NCBI GenBank assembly: GCA_001785985.1
Contig: MFVE01000005.1
Span: 112,533 to 176,532 of the forward strand
Length of the DNA stretch: 64,000 nucleotides
Source of the DNA: Candidatus Nomurabacteria bacterium RIFCSPLOWO2_01_FULL_42_17
Lineage (GTDB): Bacteria > Patescibacteriota > Minisyncoccia > Phycocordibacterales > UBA9973
Direction of reading: 5' to 3'
The notes below the pieces were generated by a model, which made no database searches, was not told the origin of the DNA, and saw only the letters and a list, made by a program, of their open reading frames with translations. This document shows positions 45,552 through 54,842 of the stretch, piece by piece. Both the position numbers and the translations under genes were made by a program. The stretch's first letter is position 1; each line of letters starts with the position of its first letter.

Positions 45552-46224
45552 TCAACCTTTTAAGACTTTAATGAGTTTATTGGCATTCCCATGCTTTAGC
45601 ATTCCTAAATAAGATTGCACCGTCTCCTGTTTTAAATTATCTTTCAGATTTCTAAGCATCTTTCTTTTCGTCGCTGTCCGTAAAACTCTATGCTTTGGAA
45701 AATGCACCCAGCCGAGAAAATCCACACCGGAAGCGATGGTTTTCATGAAAACTTTGCCTAGGTGCAGTGAGAGCTTTAGACTCTCACTGAGAAAGTGAGA
45801 AATTTTTGGAAGCAAATCTTCAAGATAATTTCTACTGTCGTTCAATATAACAAAATCATCTGCATAGCGGATATAGTATTTCACTTTCAATTCCCTTTTC
45901 ATAAACTGATCAAATTCATTCATATAGACATTTACCAAAAGCTGAGAAGTTAGATTCCCGAGTGGTAAGCCTTTATCCATCTCAGCTATAGCGTAGATTG
46001 GATTTACATAGGAATTTCCTATGAGGTTGGAAGAAAAGCTATCTATCACTTGTGAAAGTAGCCAAAGCGTATCCGTGTCAAAGGCCGCCTTTGACAGTAT
46101 GTGTTTCAAGATTTCATGATCAATGCTCGCAAAGAATTTCCGAATGTCGCATTTTAAAACCCAGCACGTTTTTGTATTATTTTTTGAAACTTTGCGAGAA
46201 AAATCACGAAAACTATTTATAGCC
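45552..46224 (-). pseudogene. N-terminally truncated DGR-type reverse transcriptase
   Basis: LKCDIRKFFASIDH (read in frame upstream of the called ORF), GLPLGNLTSQ, YIRYADDF, GVDFLG; RT N-terminal motifs absent. Confidence 0.82.
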
Positions 46225-46328
46225 TGCGGAGAAGGGCCTATTAATTCATAAGCCTCTTTCTGCTATGGCGAAACTCGCCCCGCTAAAACGGGGTAAACAA
46301 GCATTTTTAAAGAACATTATACACCCGT

Positions 46329-46357
46329 ATTATATACCTTTTTAGGTAAAAAGTCAA
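46329..46357 (-). promoter_or_regulatory. Sigma70-type promoter upstream of the RT remnant
   Basis: Minus strand TTGACT-17 nt-TATAAT. Confidence 0.6.
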
Positions 46358-46394
46358 GAGGGTTAAAGGAGAATTTAATTGGTAAGATTAGTAA

Positions 46395-46970
46395 ATGATC
46401 GGTAGTATCAGAGGAAAAATAATACTAAAAAGAGAAAAGGGGCTGATAGTGGAGGCGGGTGGAGTTGGATATAAAATAAGTGTCTCCCCTGACACCTTGT
46501 CTAAGGTAAAAAAAACTGGAGAAGAAACTTTCCTCTACATCCACACCCATGTGCGTGAGGACATTTTAGACTTATACGGATTTCTCGACTATCCCGAATT
46601 AGAGTTTTTCGAGATGTTGATCAGCGTCTCCGGCATCGGGCCCAAAGGAGCGCTCGCTATCTTGGGAGTTACTTCGATTGAGACTCTGCATAAAGCCATC
46701 GGCACGGGCGACGTTTCATATCTGACAAAAATATCCGGCATTGGTAAAAAAACTGCTGAAAAGATTGTTCTAGAACTCCGAGATAAAATCGCCGATAGGA
46801 TGAAAGATGAAAAAGGAGGAAGCTCTCTGCAGGGAGAACTGGATTCTCTAGAAGCGCTTAAATCCTTGGGCTATTCCCAACATCAAGCGCGTGAAGCGTT
46901 GAAAAAAGTCTCTGCTGACTTAGACACAAATGCGAAGATCCGCGAAGCTCTTAAAATACTAGCAAGATAG
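46395..46970 (+). CDS. ruvA: Holliday junction branch migration protein RuvA
   Basis: GGVGY, HVRED..LYGF, SGIGPK, GIGKKTAEKIVLEL. Confidence 0.97.
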   Translation: MIGSIRGKIILKREKGLIVEAGGVGYKISVSPDTLSKVKKTGEETFLYIHTHVREDILDLYGFLDYPELEFFEMLISVSGIGPKGALAILGVTSIETLHKAIGTGDVSYLTKISGIGKKTAEKIVLELRDKIADRMKDEKGGSSLQGELDSLEALKSLGYSQHQAREALKKVSADLDTNAKIREALKILAR

Positions 46971-46995
46971 CAAGATGATACGAATATACTAATGT

Positions 46996-47856
46996 ATGCC
47001 TGAATTACCCGAAGTCGAGACAACAACCAAAGGATTGAGAGGCACCATCGTCGGACTCACGATAAAAGATGTATGGACGGACTTGGCTACTAAAGACAAA
47101 CGCCAAAAGGAGGCAATCGCCAACCCGCGATATTTCAGAGTTTTTAAAAAAGAAATTTTAAATAAAAAGGTTCTATCAGTCGAAAGACGCGCAAAGAATA
47201 TTTTGATAAATATTTCTAATGATAAAACAATTTTAGTGCACATGAAAATGACTGGGCACTTGCTTTATGGTGATTATAAGAAAGATCCAATAAATCGTTT
47301 CATTCACTTTACGATTAGTTTTAATAATGGAGAGAAATTATACTTTTCCGACGCCCGAAAATTTGGGAAAATTACTTTACTTGATACAAAAACAGCCCAC
47401 GGCACAAAACACTTGAATAACATCGGTCCTGAACCATTGGATAAGCAATTTAAGCTGAAAAATTTAATACAGAGGTTAAACCTATGTATTAATAAAAAGA
47501 TCAAGACAGTTTTGATGGATCAGAGCATTGTCGCCGGCATAGGAAATATTTATTCCGACGAAATTCTCTGGTGGGCAGGGGTGCACCCGGAGAGAAAAGT
47601 TTCAAAGTTAAAAGTAGATGAACTAAAATCAATATTCAGAGCAATCAAAACAATTCTTTCCAAAGGTATCGATTTTGGCGGAGACTCGATGTCAGACTAT
47701 AGGAACATTCATGGTCTGCCCGGTAAATTCCAGCTACACCACGAAGCATACAGACGTACCGGCGAAAAATGCCATAAAAAAGGTTGTAAAGGCATAATAA
47801 AAAGAAAAATAATAAACACCCGCAGCGCGCACTTTTGTTCCGTGCATCAGAAATAA
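46996..47856 (+). CDS. mutM: Formamidopyrimidine-DNA glycosylase
   Basis: MPELPEVET; HMKMTG; AGIGNIYSDE. Confidence 0.96.
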   Translation: MPELPEVETTTKGLRGTIVGLTIKDVWTDLATKDKRQKEAIANPRYFRVFKKEILNKKVLSVERRAKNILINISNDKTILVHMKMTGHLLYGDYKKDPINRFIHFTISFNNGEKLYFSDARKFGKITLLDTKTAHGTKHLNNIGPEPLDKQFKLKNLIQRLNLCINKKIKTVLMDQSIVAGIGNIYSDEILWWAGVHPERKVSKLKVDELKSIFRAIKTILSKGIDFGGDSMSDYRNIHGLPGKFQLHHEAYRRTGEKCHKKGCKGIIKRKIINTRSAHFCSVHQK

Positions 47857-47872
47857 CTATAAATTTTGATAT

Positions 47873-48337
47873 TTATATATTTAATATTCTAAACAACGCC
47901 ACCCCTAGCGCCACCGAGACATTCAACGACTCTTTTTTGCCTCGCATTGGAATTTCGGCAATGATGTCACATTTTTGTAAAACACTTTTGGGTATGCCTG
48001 TCACTTCTGCACCGACAATAAATGCATTTTTAGATTTTATTTTCACGTCCTTATAATCGACAGAATTTTCATCTTGTTCTATGGCAACAATTTTGAATCC
48101 TAAAGTTTTTAGATTTGATATCAAAGATATAATATTCTTCCTCTGTTCCCACGGCACAAATTCCTCTGCACCCAGAGCAGACTTTGCTAAATCTTTTCTT
48201 TTTCTTCCAAATCTATCAAGTGGCGCCGGTGTATAGCCGGTCAAATAAATTTTATTTATGCCCGCCGCATCCGCCGTGCGAAACATCGCGCCGACATTGG
48301 ACACACTACGAATATTATGTAATATTAAAATATTCAT
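47873..48337 (-). CDS. SpoU/TrmH-family RNA methyltransferase
   Basis: NVGAMFRTADA; GAEVTG; IPMRGKKESLNVS. Confidence 0.93.
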   Translation of the reverse strand: MNILILHNIRSVSNVGAMFRTADAAGINKIYLTGYTPAPLDRFGRKRKDLAKSALGAEEFVPWEQRKNIISLISNLKTLGFKIVAIEQDENSVDYKDVKIKSKNAFIVGAEVTGIPKSVLQKCDIIAEIPMRGKKESLNVSVALGVALFRILNI

Positions 48338-49566
48338 ATACTTAAAAAATTTTTATTACGCATTTTTTTATGATAAGAAATAGCAAACCTATGCGCTTCG
48401 CTATTTGCCAGCAAGATTTCTCTTTTATATTTTACCGCAATTTTTTCATCTCCCATTATGGCTTTTGGTTTATGTCGTTCATCTTTTACGACCGAAACTA
48501 CAGAAATACATAGGTTTAACCTATGTATTATTTTTAGCGCAGTATTCATTTGCGCTATTCCCCCGTCGATAACCACCAAATCCGGATAAATCCATTCAGA
48601 GTGCGCCAGTCTTCGTTCTAGAATTTCCTTCAACGCACCGGTATCGTTTGCATTATCTTGAGTCCGAATCCTGAATTTCCTATACTCATTTTTATTTGCT
48701 TCACCATCCTCTATCACCGTCATCACGCCAACCATATTTTTCCCTCCCATGTGCGCAATGTCGTAGGCTTCGATTCTAAAATTAGCTTGTAGGTTGTAGC
48801 TTGTAGGTTGTAGTGAACTCTGAATCAGAGCAATATCGTTTATGTGCTGAAGTGCAAATATTTGGCGTTTCACTTCCCCCGCCTTCTCAAATTCTCGAAG
48901 TTTAGAGTAAGCATTCATTTCTTTTTTTAGATTTCTGAGAATCTGCTTCTTTTTTCCCTCGAAAAATAATTTTATATTCTTGATGTTCTGCAGATAAAGC
49001 TGGCGGTCATTCAGATCCGGAACTAAATTTATCTGTTTATAAAACTCCATATAATTTTTACTTTTTTCATCCAAAAATGGAAAAATTCTGCGAATTATTT
49101 TGATCGCTTCCCGAAGTTGGGGCCCGCTTGTGTATGGACCAAAAAAGGACGAAAAATTGGAAGAAGCTAGGCTCTGGAGTTCTTTACCCCTAACAATTAA
49201 AACTTTTGGAAGTTTTTCCTTTGTTATAACTACATAATTAAAACTTTTATCAGATTTTTCTTTGGTATTATATTTCGGCTGATGTTTTTTTATTAGATTG
49301 GCTTCAAGTATGATGGCTTCAAGTACACTATCGGTAACTTGATAGTCTATTTTGTCCGCATAAAAAAGCATATCCGCCAGTATTGGCCCGCGAGTATCCA
49401 TTAAATCTTTACTAAAATAACTTTTGGTTCTGTCTCGCAGAGAAGTTGCTTTGCCGATATATAAAATATCTCGGGATTTTTTGCCTCCTTCGCTACGCTT
49501 CGGCGGGCCAAGGAAAAAATAAACGCCGGGCTTGTCTGGTAATTTTATTTTATTTATTTTTTTCAT
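48334..49566 (-). CDS. uvrC: Excinuclease ABC subunit C (short form, no HhH tail)
   Basis: GIY-YIG (PGVYFF..LYIGKA); UVR coil; RIEAYDIAH; IDGG. Confidence 0.9.
   Translation of the reverse strand: MKKINKIKLPDKPGVYFFLGPPKRSEGGKKSRDILYIGKATSLRDRTKSYFSKDLMDTRGPILADMLFYADKIDYQVTDSVLEAIILEANLIKKHQPKYNTKEKSDKSFNYVVITKEKLPKVLIVRGKELQSLASSNFSSFFGPYTSGPQLREAIKIIRRIFPFLDEKSKNYMEFYKQINLVPDLNDRQLYLQNIKNIKLFFEGKKKQILRNLKKEMNAYSKLREFEKAGEVKRQIFALQHINDIALIQSSLQPTSYNLQANFRIEAYDIAHMGGKNMVGVMTVIEDGEANKNEYRKFRIRTQDNANDTGALKEILERRLAHSEWIYPDLVVIDGGIAQMNTALKIIHRLNLCISVVSVVKDERHKPKAIMGDEKIAVKYKREILLANSEAHRFAISYHKKMRNKNFLSI
48783..48813. repeat. Heptamer tandem repeat inside uvrC
   Basis: tagcttg taggttg tagcttg taggttg tag; encodes LQPTSYNLQA. 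Confidence 0.8.
49483..49508. repeat. GC-rich palindromic element, in frame in uvrC
   Basis: gcctccttcgctacgcttcggcgggc; near-identical to 53411-53439. Confidence 0.8.
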
Positions 49567-52163
49567 TTTCTTAATACTTTTTTCAAATACTTTCCAGTAA
49601 AACTCTTTGCATTATTCGCCACTTCTTCCGGCGTGCCTTTGGCTACCAGATTACCGCCATTTACTCCTCCTTCTGGACCAATATCTATAATGTAATCCGA
49701 GCTTTTCACGATATCAAGATTGTGTTCAATCAGGACAACAGTGTTGCCCTTTGAGACAAGTTTATTTAAAACCTCTAAAAGTTTCTGCACATCATCATAA
49801 TGCAGTCCGACCGTCGGCTCATCTAAAAGATAGATTGTTTTCTCTGTATGCCGACGATAGAGTTCGCTAGATATTTTTACCCGCTGGGCTTCCCCGCCGG
49901 AGAGCGTCGTGGCTGATTGGCCAAGTTCTAAATATCCCAGCCCCACATCCATGAGCGTTTGGAGTCTGTCCGCAACTTCAGGAATATCTTTAAAAAACAC
50001 TAGGCCATTTTCCACGGTCAGATGAAGGACTTCATAAATATTTTTCTTTTTGTATTTTACCGTGAGCGTCTCTTTATCAAAACGTTTGCCATTGCAAACA
50101 TCACAAGTCACATAAACAGTAGGCAAAAAGTGCATCTCCACAGCTATCTCGCCATTGCCTTCACAAGCTTCACAACGCCCACCCTTCACATTAAAAGAAA
50201 ATCTGTTAGCCTTCCAGCCGCGCAAACGCGCTTCTTCAGTCGTGGCAAAAAGATCTCGGATATGAGTAAAGGCGCCCGTATAAGTGGCCAGATTTGAGCG
50301 TGGAGTCCGGCCGATCGGAGATTGATCGATCAAAATAGCCCGAGAAAGATATTCCGTGCCAGAAAAAGACGAACAATTAAAAACTTCGGCAGTGCGATAT
50401 TTTCGCTCGAGACGAGCTTGAAGATTTTTGTAAAGAATCTCATACATTAGAGAACTTTTGCCTGAACCGGACACTCCAGTGATTGAAGTCATCACAGCCA
50501 GAGGAATCTCAACATTTAAATTATTTATATTAAAAATTTTCCCGCCAGTAATTCTGAGCGCGCCTTTACCTTCTCGTCGCTTTTTAGGAATTTCTATTTT
50601 TGTTTCATCGCGTAAATAAGAAAGGGTGCGAGAATTATTAGTATTCCGCTTTGCAGTCAAAAGTTCATCTAAAAATCCAGAAGCAACCACTTCTCCGCCA
50701 TGCACTCCAGCTTTGTGTCCGATATCTACGATATAATCTGAAGCATAAATAGTGTCTTCATCGTGTTCAACAATTAAAATCGTATTGCCTAAATCACGCA
50801 GATTTTGCAGGGTTTTTATCAAGCGATCATTGTCGCGCTGATGGAGCCCAATCGTCGGCTCGTCTAAAACATATAATGCTCCCACCAAACGCGACCCTAG
50901 CTGGGAAGCCAGACGAATCCTCTGCGCTTCCCCGCCGGAGAGAGTGTTAGCCTTGCGAGAAAGTTGTAAATAATTTAGCCCGACATCCAACATAAATTGC
51001 AGGCGCGCCTCGATCTCCCGCACCACTGGCACGGATATTTCTTTCTCCTGCTCGGAGAGCTTAAGATTTTTGAAAAATTCATGCGCATCTTCGATCGACA
51101 GAGATGAAAGATCCAGAATATTTACTTTTTTACTCCCATTAGTCAAAAAAACATTCAAGGCTTCCGGACGCAAACGCGCGCCACCGCAAGCATCGCAAGG
51201 TTCATCCCCCATGAAATATTTTGAACCGAGGCCGTTGCAGGCCGGGCAGGCGCCATAAGGAGAATTGAAAGAGAATAATCTCGGTTCAACTTCCGGAAAA
51301 GAAAAACCGTCATTCTTGCAAGCAAACTTGGCGGACATGATAAACTCCTCACTTTGATTTTCATTTGCTATTTTAATTGTTACTAATCCATCTGATTCGA
51401 TCAATGCTCGCTCGAGGGCCTCTGAGAGGCGCATACGACTGCCCTCTTTATTATCCTTGAACTCATGCACCGCAAAATGATCTACTAAAATATCAATATT
51501 ATGGGCCTTGTTTTTTGAAAGAGTGATCGATTCACGCAGTTTCTTCATCGCACCATCCAGACGAATTTCAGAAAAACCTTTACCAAGTAAATCATATAAT
51601 AATTGATAATATTCCCCTTTTCTGCCACGCACGATCGGAGAAAAAATATTTATTTCAGTCTCATTCCACTCGACGCCCATTACTTTCTTATTATCTTTAC
51701 TATTCTTACTAAGAATGTTTATTTTTTCTAAAACAAAATTTAAAATTTCTTCGTTAGAAAGTTTTTTTATTTCTTCTCCACATTGCGGGCAATGCGGGTG
51801 CCCGATACGCGCATACATCACGCGCAGGTAATCATATATCTCTGTAATCGTCGCCACCGTCGAACGCGGATTGTTTGATCGTGATTTTTGATCAATAGAA
51901 ATTGCTGGAGAAAGACCCGTGATCTCATCAACATCCGGCTTGGGCATTTGATTCAAAAATTGCCGCGCGTAAGAAGACAGCGACTCGACATATCGTCTCT
52001 GCCCTTCGGCAAAAATTGTATCAAAAGCGAGAGACGATTTTCCCGAGCCCGAAACACCCGTAATCACTACCATTTTGTTCCGTGGCATTTCCACGCTAAT
52101 ATTCTTCAGATTGTGCGTGCGAGCACCTTTGACTATTATTTTATCTTGAAAATCTTTTTTCAT
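49563..52163 (-). CDS. uvrA: Excinuclease ABC subunit A
   Basis: GARTHNLK; two GVSGSGKS; LSGGEAQR; zinc fingers. Confidence 0.98.
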   Translation of the reverse strand: MKKDFQDKIIVKGARTHNLKNISVEMPRNKMVVITGVSGSGKSSLAFDTIFAEGQRRYVESLSSYARQFLNQMPKPDVDEITGLSPAISIDQKSRSNNPRSTVATITEIYDYLRVMYARIGHPHCPQCGEEIKKLSNEEILNFVLEKINILSKNSKDNKKVMGVEWNETEINIFSPIVRGRKGEYYQLLYDLLGKGFSEIRLDGAMKKLRESITLSKNKAHNIDILVDHFAVHEFKDNKEGSRMRLSEALERALIESDGLVTIKIANENQSEEFIMSAKFACKNDGFSFPEVEPRLFSFNSPYGACPACNGLGSKYFMGDEPCDACGGARLRPEALNVFLTNGSKKVNILDLSSLSIEDAHEFFKNLKLSEQEKEISVPVVREIEARLQFMLDVGLNYLQLSRKANTLSGGEAQRIRLASQLGSRLVGALYVLDEPTIGLHQRDNDRLIKTLQNLRDLGNTILIVEHDEDTIYASDYIVDIGHKAGVHGGEVVASGFLDELLTAKRNTNNSRTLSYLRDETKIEIPKKRREGKGALRITGGKIFNINNLNVEIPLAVMTSITGVSGSGKSSLMYEILYKNLQARLERKYRTAEVFNCSSFSGTEYLSRAILIDQSPIGRTPRSNLATYTGAFTHIRDLFATTEEARLRGWKANRFSFNVKGGRCEACEGNGEIAVEMHFLPTVYVTCDVCNGKRFDKETLTVKYKKKNIYEVLHLTVENGLVFFKDIPEVADRLQTLMDVGLGYLELGQSATTLSGGEAQRVKISSELYRRHTEKTIYLLDEPTVGLHYDDVQKLLEVLNKLVSKGNTVVLIEHNLDIVKSSDYIIDIGPEGGVNGGNLVAKGTPEEVANNAKSFTGKYLKKVLRK

Positions 52164-52226
52164 AAACTTAAAATCACCCCCAGTTGTTGGTAGGGGGTGT
52201 ATACTACTTTATAACTTATCACACTC

Positions 52227-54446
52227 TCACTTCTTCTCCAAACGTATTTTTAGTACTCCAATTTCATCTCGCAATATCGCCGCTGTTTCGAAATCTAATT
52301 CTTTGACAGCTTTGTTCATTTCTTTTTCTTTTATTTTTATTATTTTTTCATAAACTACTCTGTTGCGTTCTTCATCAGATAAATTTTTGTCATACTTTTT
52401 ACCACCTACGTCAAGACTACGGCGGGCCGCAGTAAACAATTCAACATCAAGCGCTAATTCTGCGTTGACTGTCTTTGCATGTTCGCTCTCCACCTCTTGC
52501 GTAATATCTTCTATCTTTTTCATTATCGTCTTTGGGGTAATACCATGCTTTTTGTTGTAAGCAATCTGTATATTTCGCCGACGGGCAGTTTCTCCTAAGG
52601 CTTTTTCCATAGCATCCGTCATAATATCAGCATAGAGAATCACTTTGCCCTCGCTATTTCGCGCCGCGCGACCAATAGTCTGAATCAGTGATGTTTCGGA
52701 GCGTAAAAATCCGGCTTTGTCTGCATCTAGAATTCCAATCAAGGCCACTTCTGGTAAATCGAGCCCTTCACGCAAGAGGTTCACCCCCACCAAGACATCA
52801 AAGTCTCCTTTGCGAAACTGTGTAAGGATTTTAATTCGCTCCATTGTTTTAATATCGCTATGTAAATATTCTGCTTTGATTTTTTTGTCCTTTAGATAAA
52901 CAGAGAGGTCTTCCGCCATTTTCTTAGTCAACGTCGTAGCAAGCACGCGAAAACCTTTGGCAATTGTTTTTTCTGTTTCTTTTATAAAATCCTGAATCTG
53001 ACCGGGATATTTATTTTCATTCGGCAAATGACCAGTCTTTTGTTCAGGTCCTCGGTTCTCCGGGGCCCCTCCCCCCGGCCAGACCGTTCCAAAAGTCTGT
53101 TCACTTGCCGAACTAGCACTGACCGGCCGTACAATTGTCTCTGGGTCCACCAGCCCCGTCGGACGGATAATTTGCTCCACAATCTGCTCACTTTGGCTGC
53201 GCTCTTGTTCGCTCGGAGTAGCACTCGTATAAACCACTTGCCCAATACGCTCCTCGAATTCCTCATACTTGAGGGGCCTATTGTCTTTGGCTGATGGCAA
53301 ACGAAAGCCATATTCTACAAGGGTGTTTTTACGTGAAGCATCTCCTGCATACATACCCTGAAGTTGAGGTAGAGTAACATGTGATTCATCGATAATGGTC
53401 AAAAAACCTGGGCCTCCTTCGCTCCTGCTTCGGCGGGCCGAAGGAAAATAAGATAATAACGTCTCTGGCGGCTCACCTTCGCTTTTACCAGATAAATGTC
53501 GTGAATAATTTTCAATGCCATTACAATAGCCGACCTCGCGGATCATCGCTAGATCATAATTAGTGCGTCGCTTGATACGCTCAGCTTCTAAAAGTTTTCC
53601 CTCTTTGTTAAATTTTTTTAGCTGGGCTTCCAGTTCTTTTTTAATATTCACTAACGCTCTTTTCTTTTTTACATCCTCGGTAATAAAATGTTTTGCCGGA
53701 AAAATAAAAATGCCTGCCCGTCCTTTGGCGGGTTTTACTTCTTTAATAATTTTAGAAGAAATGGGATCAACTTTTATTATTTTTGCTATTTTTCCATCCG
53801 AGAATTCTATCTGATACATAATAGATTCAGACACTGGCATAAATTCCACTCGCGAGCCGAGAGATCGGAAACTGCCGGGGGTTAAGTCTGCATTAGTACG
53901 CTCAAAATGAATTGCAATAAGAGATTTCATTAAAGTCATGCGGTCCATCCTCTCCCCGACTTCCAACTTTAGATTAACTTTCTCATATTCTTCCGGAGAA
54001 CCTAATCCATAAATACAAGACACAGAAGCGACGATGATAACGTCCGGCCTAGTGAGTAGGGCTTGCGTGGAAGCATGACGAAGCATGTCTATTTCTTTAT
54101 TTATAGAAGCGTCTTTTTCAATATAAGTATCTGAGGCGGGCATATATGCCTCTGGCTGGTAATAATCATAATAAGAAACAAAATAATGTACCGCGGAGTC
54201 TGGAAAAAACAATCTGAACTCTTGAGCCAGTTGCGCGGCAAGAGTTTTGTTGTGCGCGATGACGAGTGTCGGCTTGTTGTACTGGGCAATTACATTCGCC
54301 ATCGTAAAAGTCTTGCCCGTGCCGGTGGCGCCGAGTAATGTCTGTTTTTTCATACCGCTCGTGAGACCCTCCACCAATTTTGAAATAGCTATCGGCTGAT
54401 CTCCGGCTGGCTGAAATGGATTGTGTAGCTTAAAGATAGCTTTCAT
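52227..54446 (-). CDS. uvrB: Excinuclease ABC subunit B
   Basis: GATGTGKT; YFVSYYDYYQPEAY; DESH; IGRAARN; four in-frame insertions. Confidence 0.98.
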   Translation of the reverse strand: MKAIFKLHNPFQPAGDQPIAISKLVEGLTSGMKKQTLLGATGTGKTFTMANVIAQYNKPTLVIAHNKTLAAQLAQEFRLFFPDSAVHYFVSYYDYYQPEAYMPASDTYIEKDASINKEIDMLRHASTQALLTRPDVIIVASVSCIYGLGSPEEYEKVNLKLEVGERMDRMTLMKSLIAIHFERTNADLTPGSFRSLGSRVEFMPVSESIMYQIEFSDGKIAKIIKVDPISSKIIKEVKPAKGRAGIFIFPAKHFITEDVKKKRALVNIKKELEAQLKKFNKEGKLLEAERIKRRTNYDLAMIREVGYCNGIENYSRHLSGKSEGEPPETLLSYFPSARRSRSEGGPGFLTIIDESHVTLPQLQGMYAGDASRKNTLVEYGFRLPSAKDNRPLKYEEFEERIGQVVYTSATPSEQERSQSEQIVEQIIRPTGLVDPETIVRPVSASSASEQTFGTVWPGGGAPENRGPEQKTGHLPNENKYPGQIQDFIKETEKTIAKGFRVLATTLTKKMAEDLSVYLKDKKIKAEYLHSDIKTMERIKILTQFRKGDFDVLVGVNLLREGLDLPEVALIGILDADKAGFLRSETSLIQTIGRAARNSEGKVILYADIMTDAMEKALGETARRRNIQIAYNKKHGITPKTIMKKIEDITQEVESEHAKTVNAELALDVELFTAARRSLDVGGKKYDKNLSDEERNRVVYEKIIKIKEKEMNKAVKELDFETAAILRDEIGVLKIRLEKK
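52402..52427. repeat. GC-rich palindromic element, in frame in uvrB
   Basis: ccacctacgtcaagactacggcgggc resembles the thyA copy. Confidence 0.7.
53020..53112. mobile_element. 93-bp MITE-like element, in frame in uvrB
   Basis: TIRs ttcggcaaatgaccagtcttttg / caaaagtctgttcacttgccgaa; length is 31 codons. Confidence 0.75.
53411..53439. repeat. GC-rich palindromic element, in frame in uvrB
   Basis: ggcctccttcgctcctgcttcggcgggcc encodes ARRSRSEGG. Confidence 0.8.
53713..53732. repeat. Short GC-rich element, in frame in uvrB
   Basis: cctgcccgtcctttggcggg shares the cctgccc..gcggg ends of the 36-bp family; encodes PAKGRAG. Confidence 0.55.
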
Positions 54447-54587
54447 TTATTTCACAGAAGCGTCATAAGTCAGCCCATCAGCAACATCAAAAGTGTCATA
54501 AGCTTTGACCACAAGATGATAAGAGATCGCGGAAGTTATTATCGTAAAAATTAGAAAATATACTAAAGTTAAATTGATTCGATGCAT
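54447..54587 (-). CDS. Small single-TM protein (46 aa) abutting the uvrB start
   Basis: Manual translation MHRINLTLVYFLIFTIITSAISYHLVVKAYDTFDVADGLTYDASVK; TAA directly before the uvrB ATG. Confidence 0.55.
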   Translation of the reverse strand: MHRINLTLVYFLIFTIITSAISYHLVVKAYDTFDVADGLTYDASVK

Positions 54588-54648
54588 GTTAAATATCATA
54601 ACATTTTCTTGATTTTTAGCACTATTTCCTATATATTTGAATGGTTAC

Positions 54649-54721
54649 GCGCCCGTAGCTCAGTCGGTAGAGCAGATCCCTTTTAAGGATAAGGTCGTTG
54701 GTTCGATCCCAACCGGGCGCA
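54649..54721 (+). tRNA. tRNA-Lys (TTT)
   Basis: GCGCCCG/CGGGCGC stem; CTTTTAA loop; TTCGATC. Confidence 0.94.
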
Positions 54722-54816
54722 CAAAGTATGGGATACTTTGTGCGAGCCGCAGGCACCAAGGTGCCGAGGCGGGGTCGCGCAAAAATTCAGCAGAATTTTA
54801 TGTGTGACCACAAAAT
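54718..54816 (+). repeat. Structured element trailing tRNA-Lys (related to 15826-15971)
   Basis: 12-bp hairpin starting in the tRNA 3' end, then ccgca..gaggcgggg..aaaattc..gaatttt..ccacaaaat. Confidence 0.7.
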
Positions 54817-54842
54817 GATGTTATAATATATCTCTATCTTCC

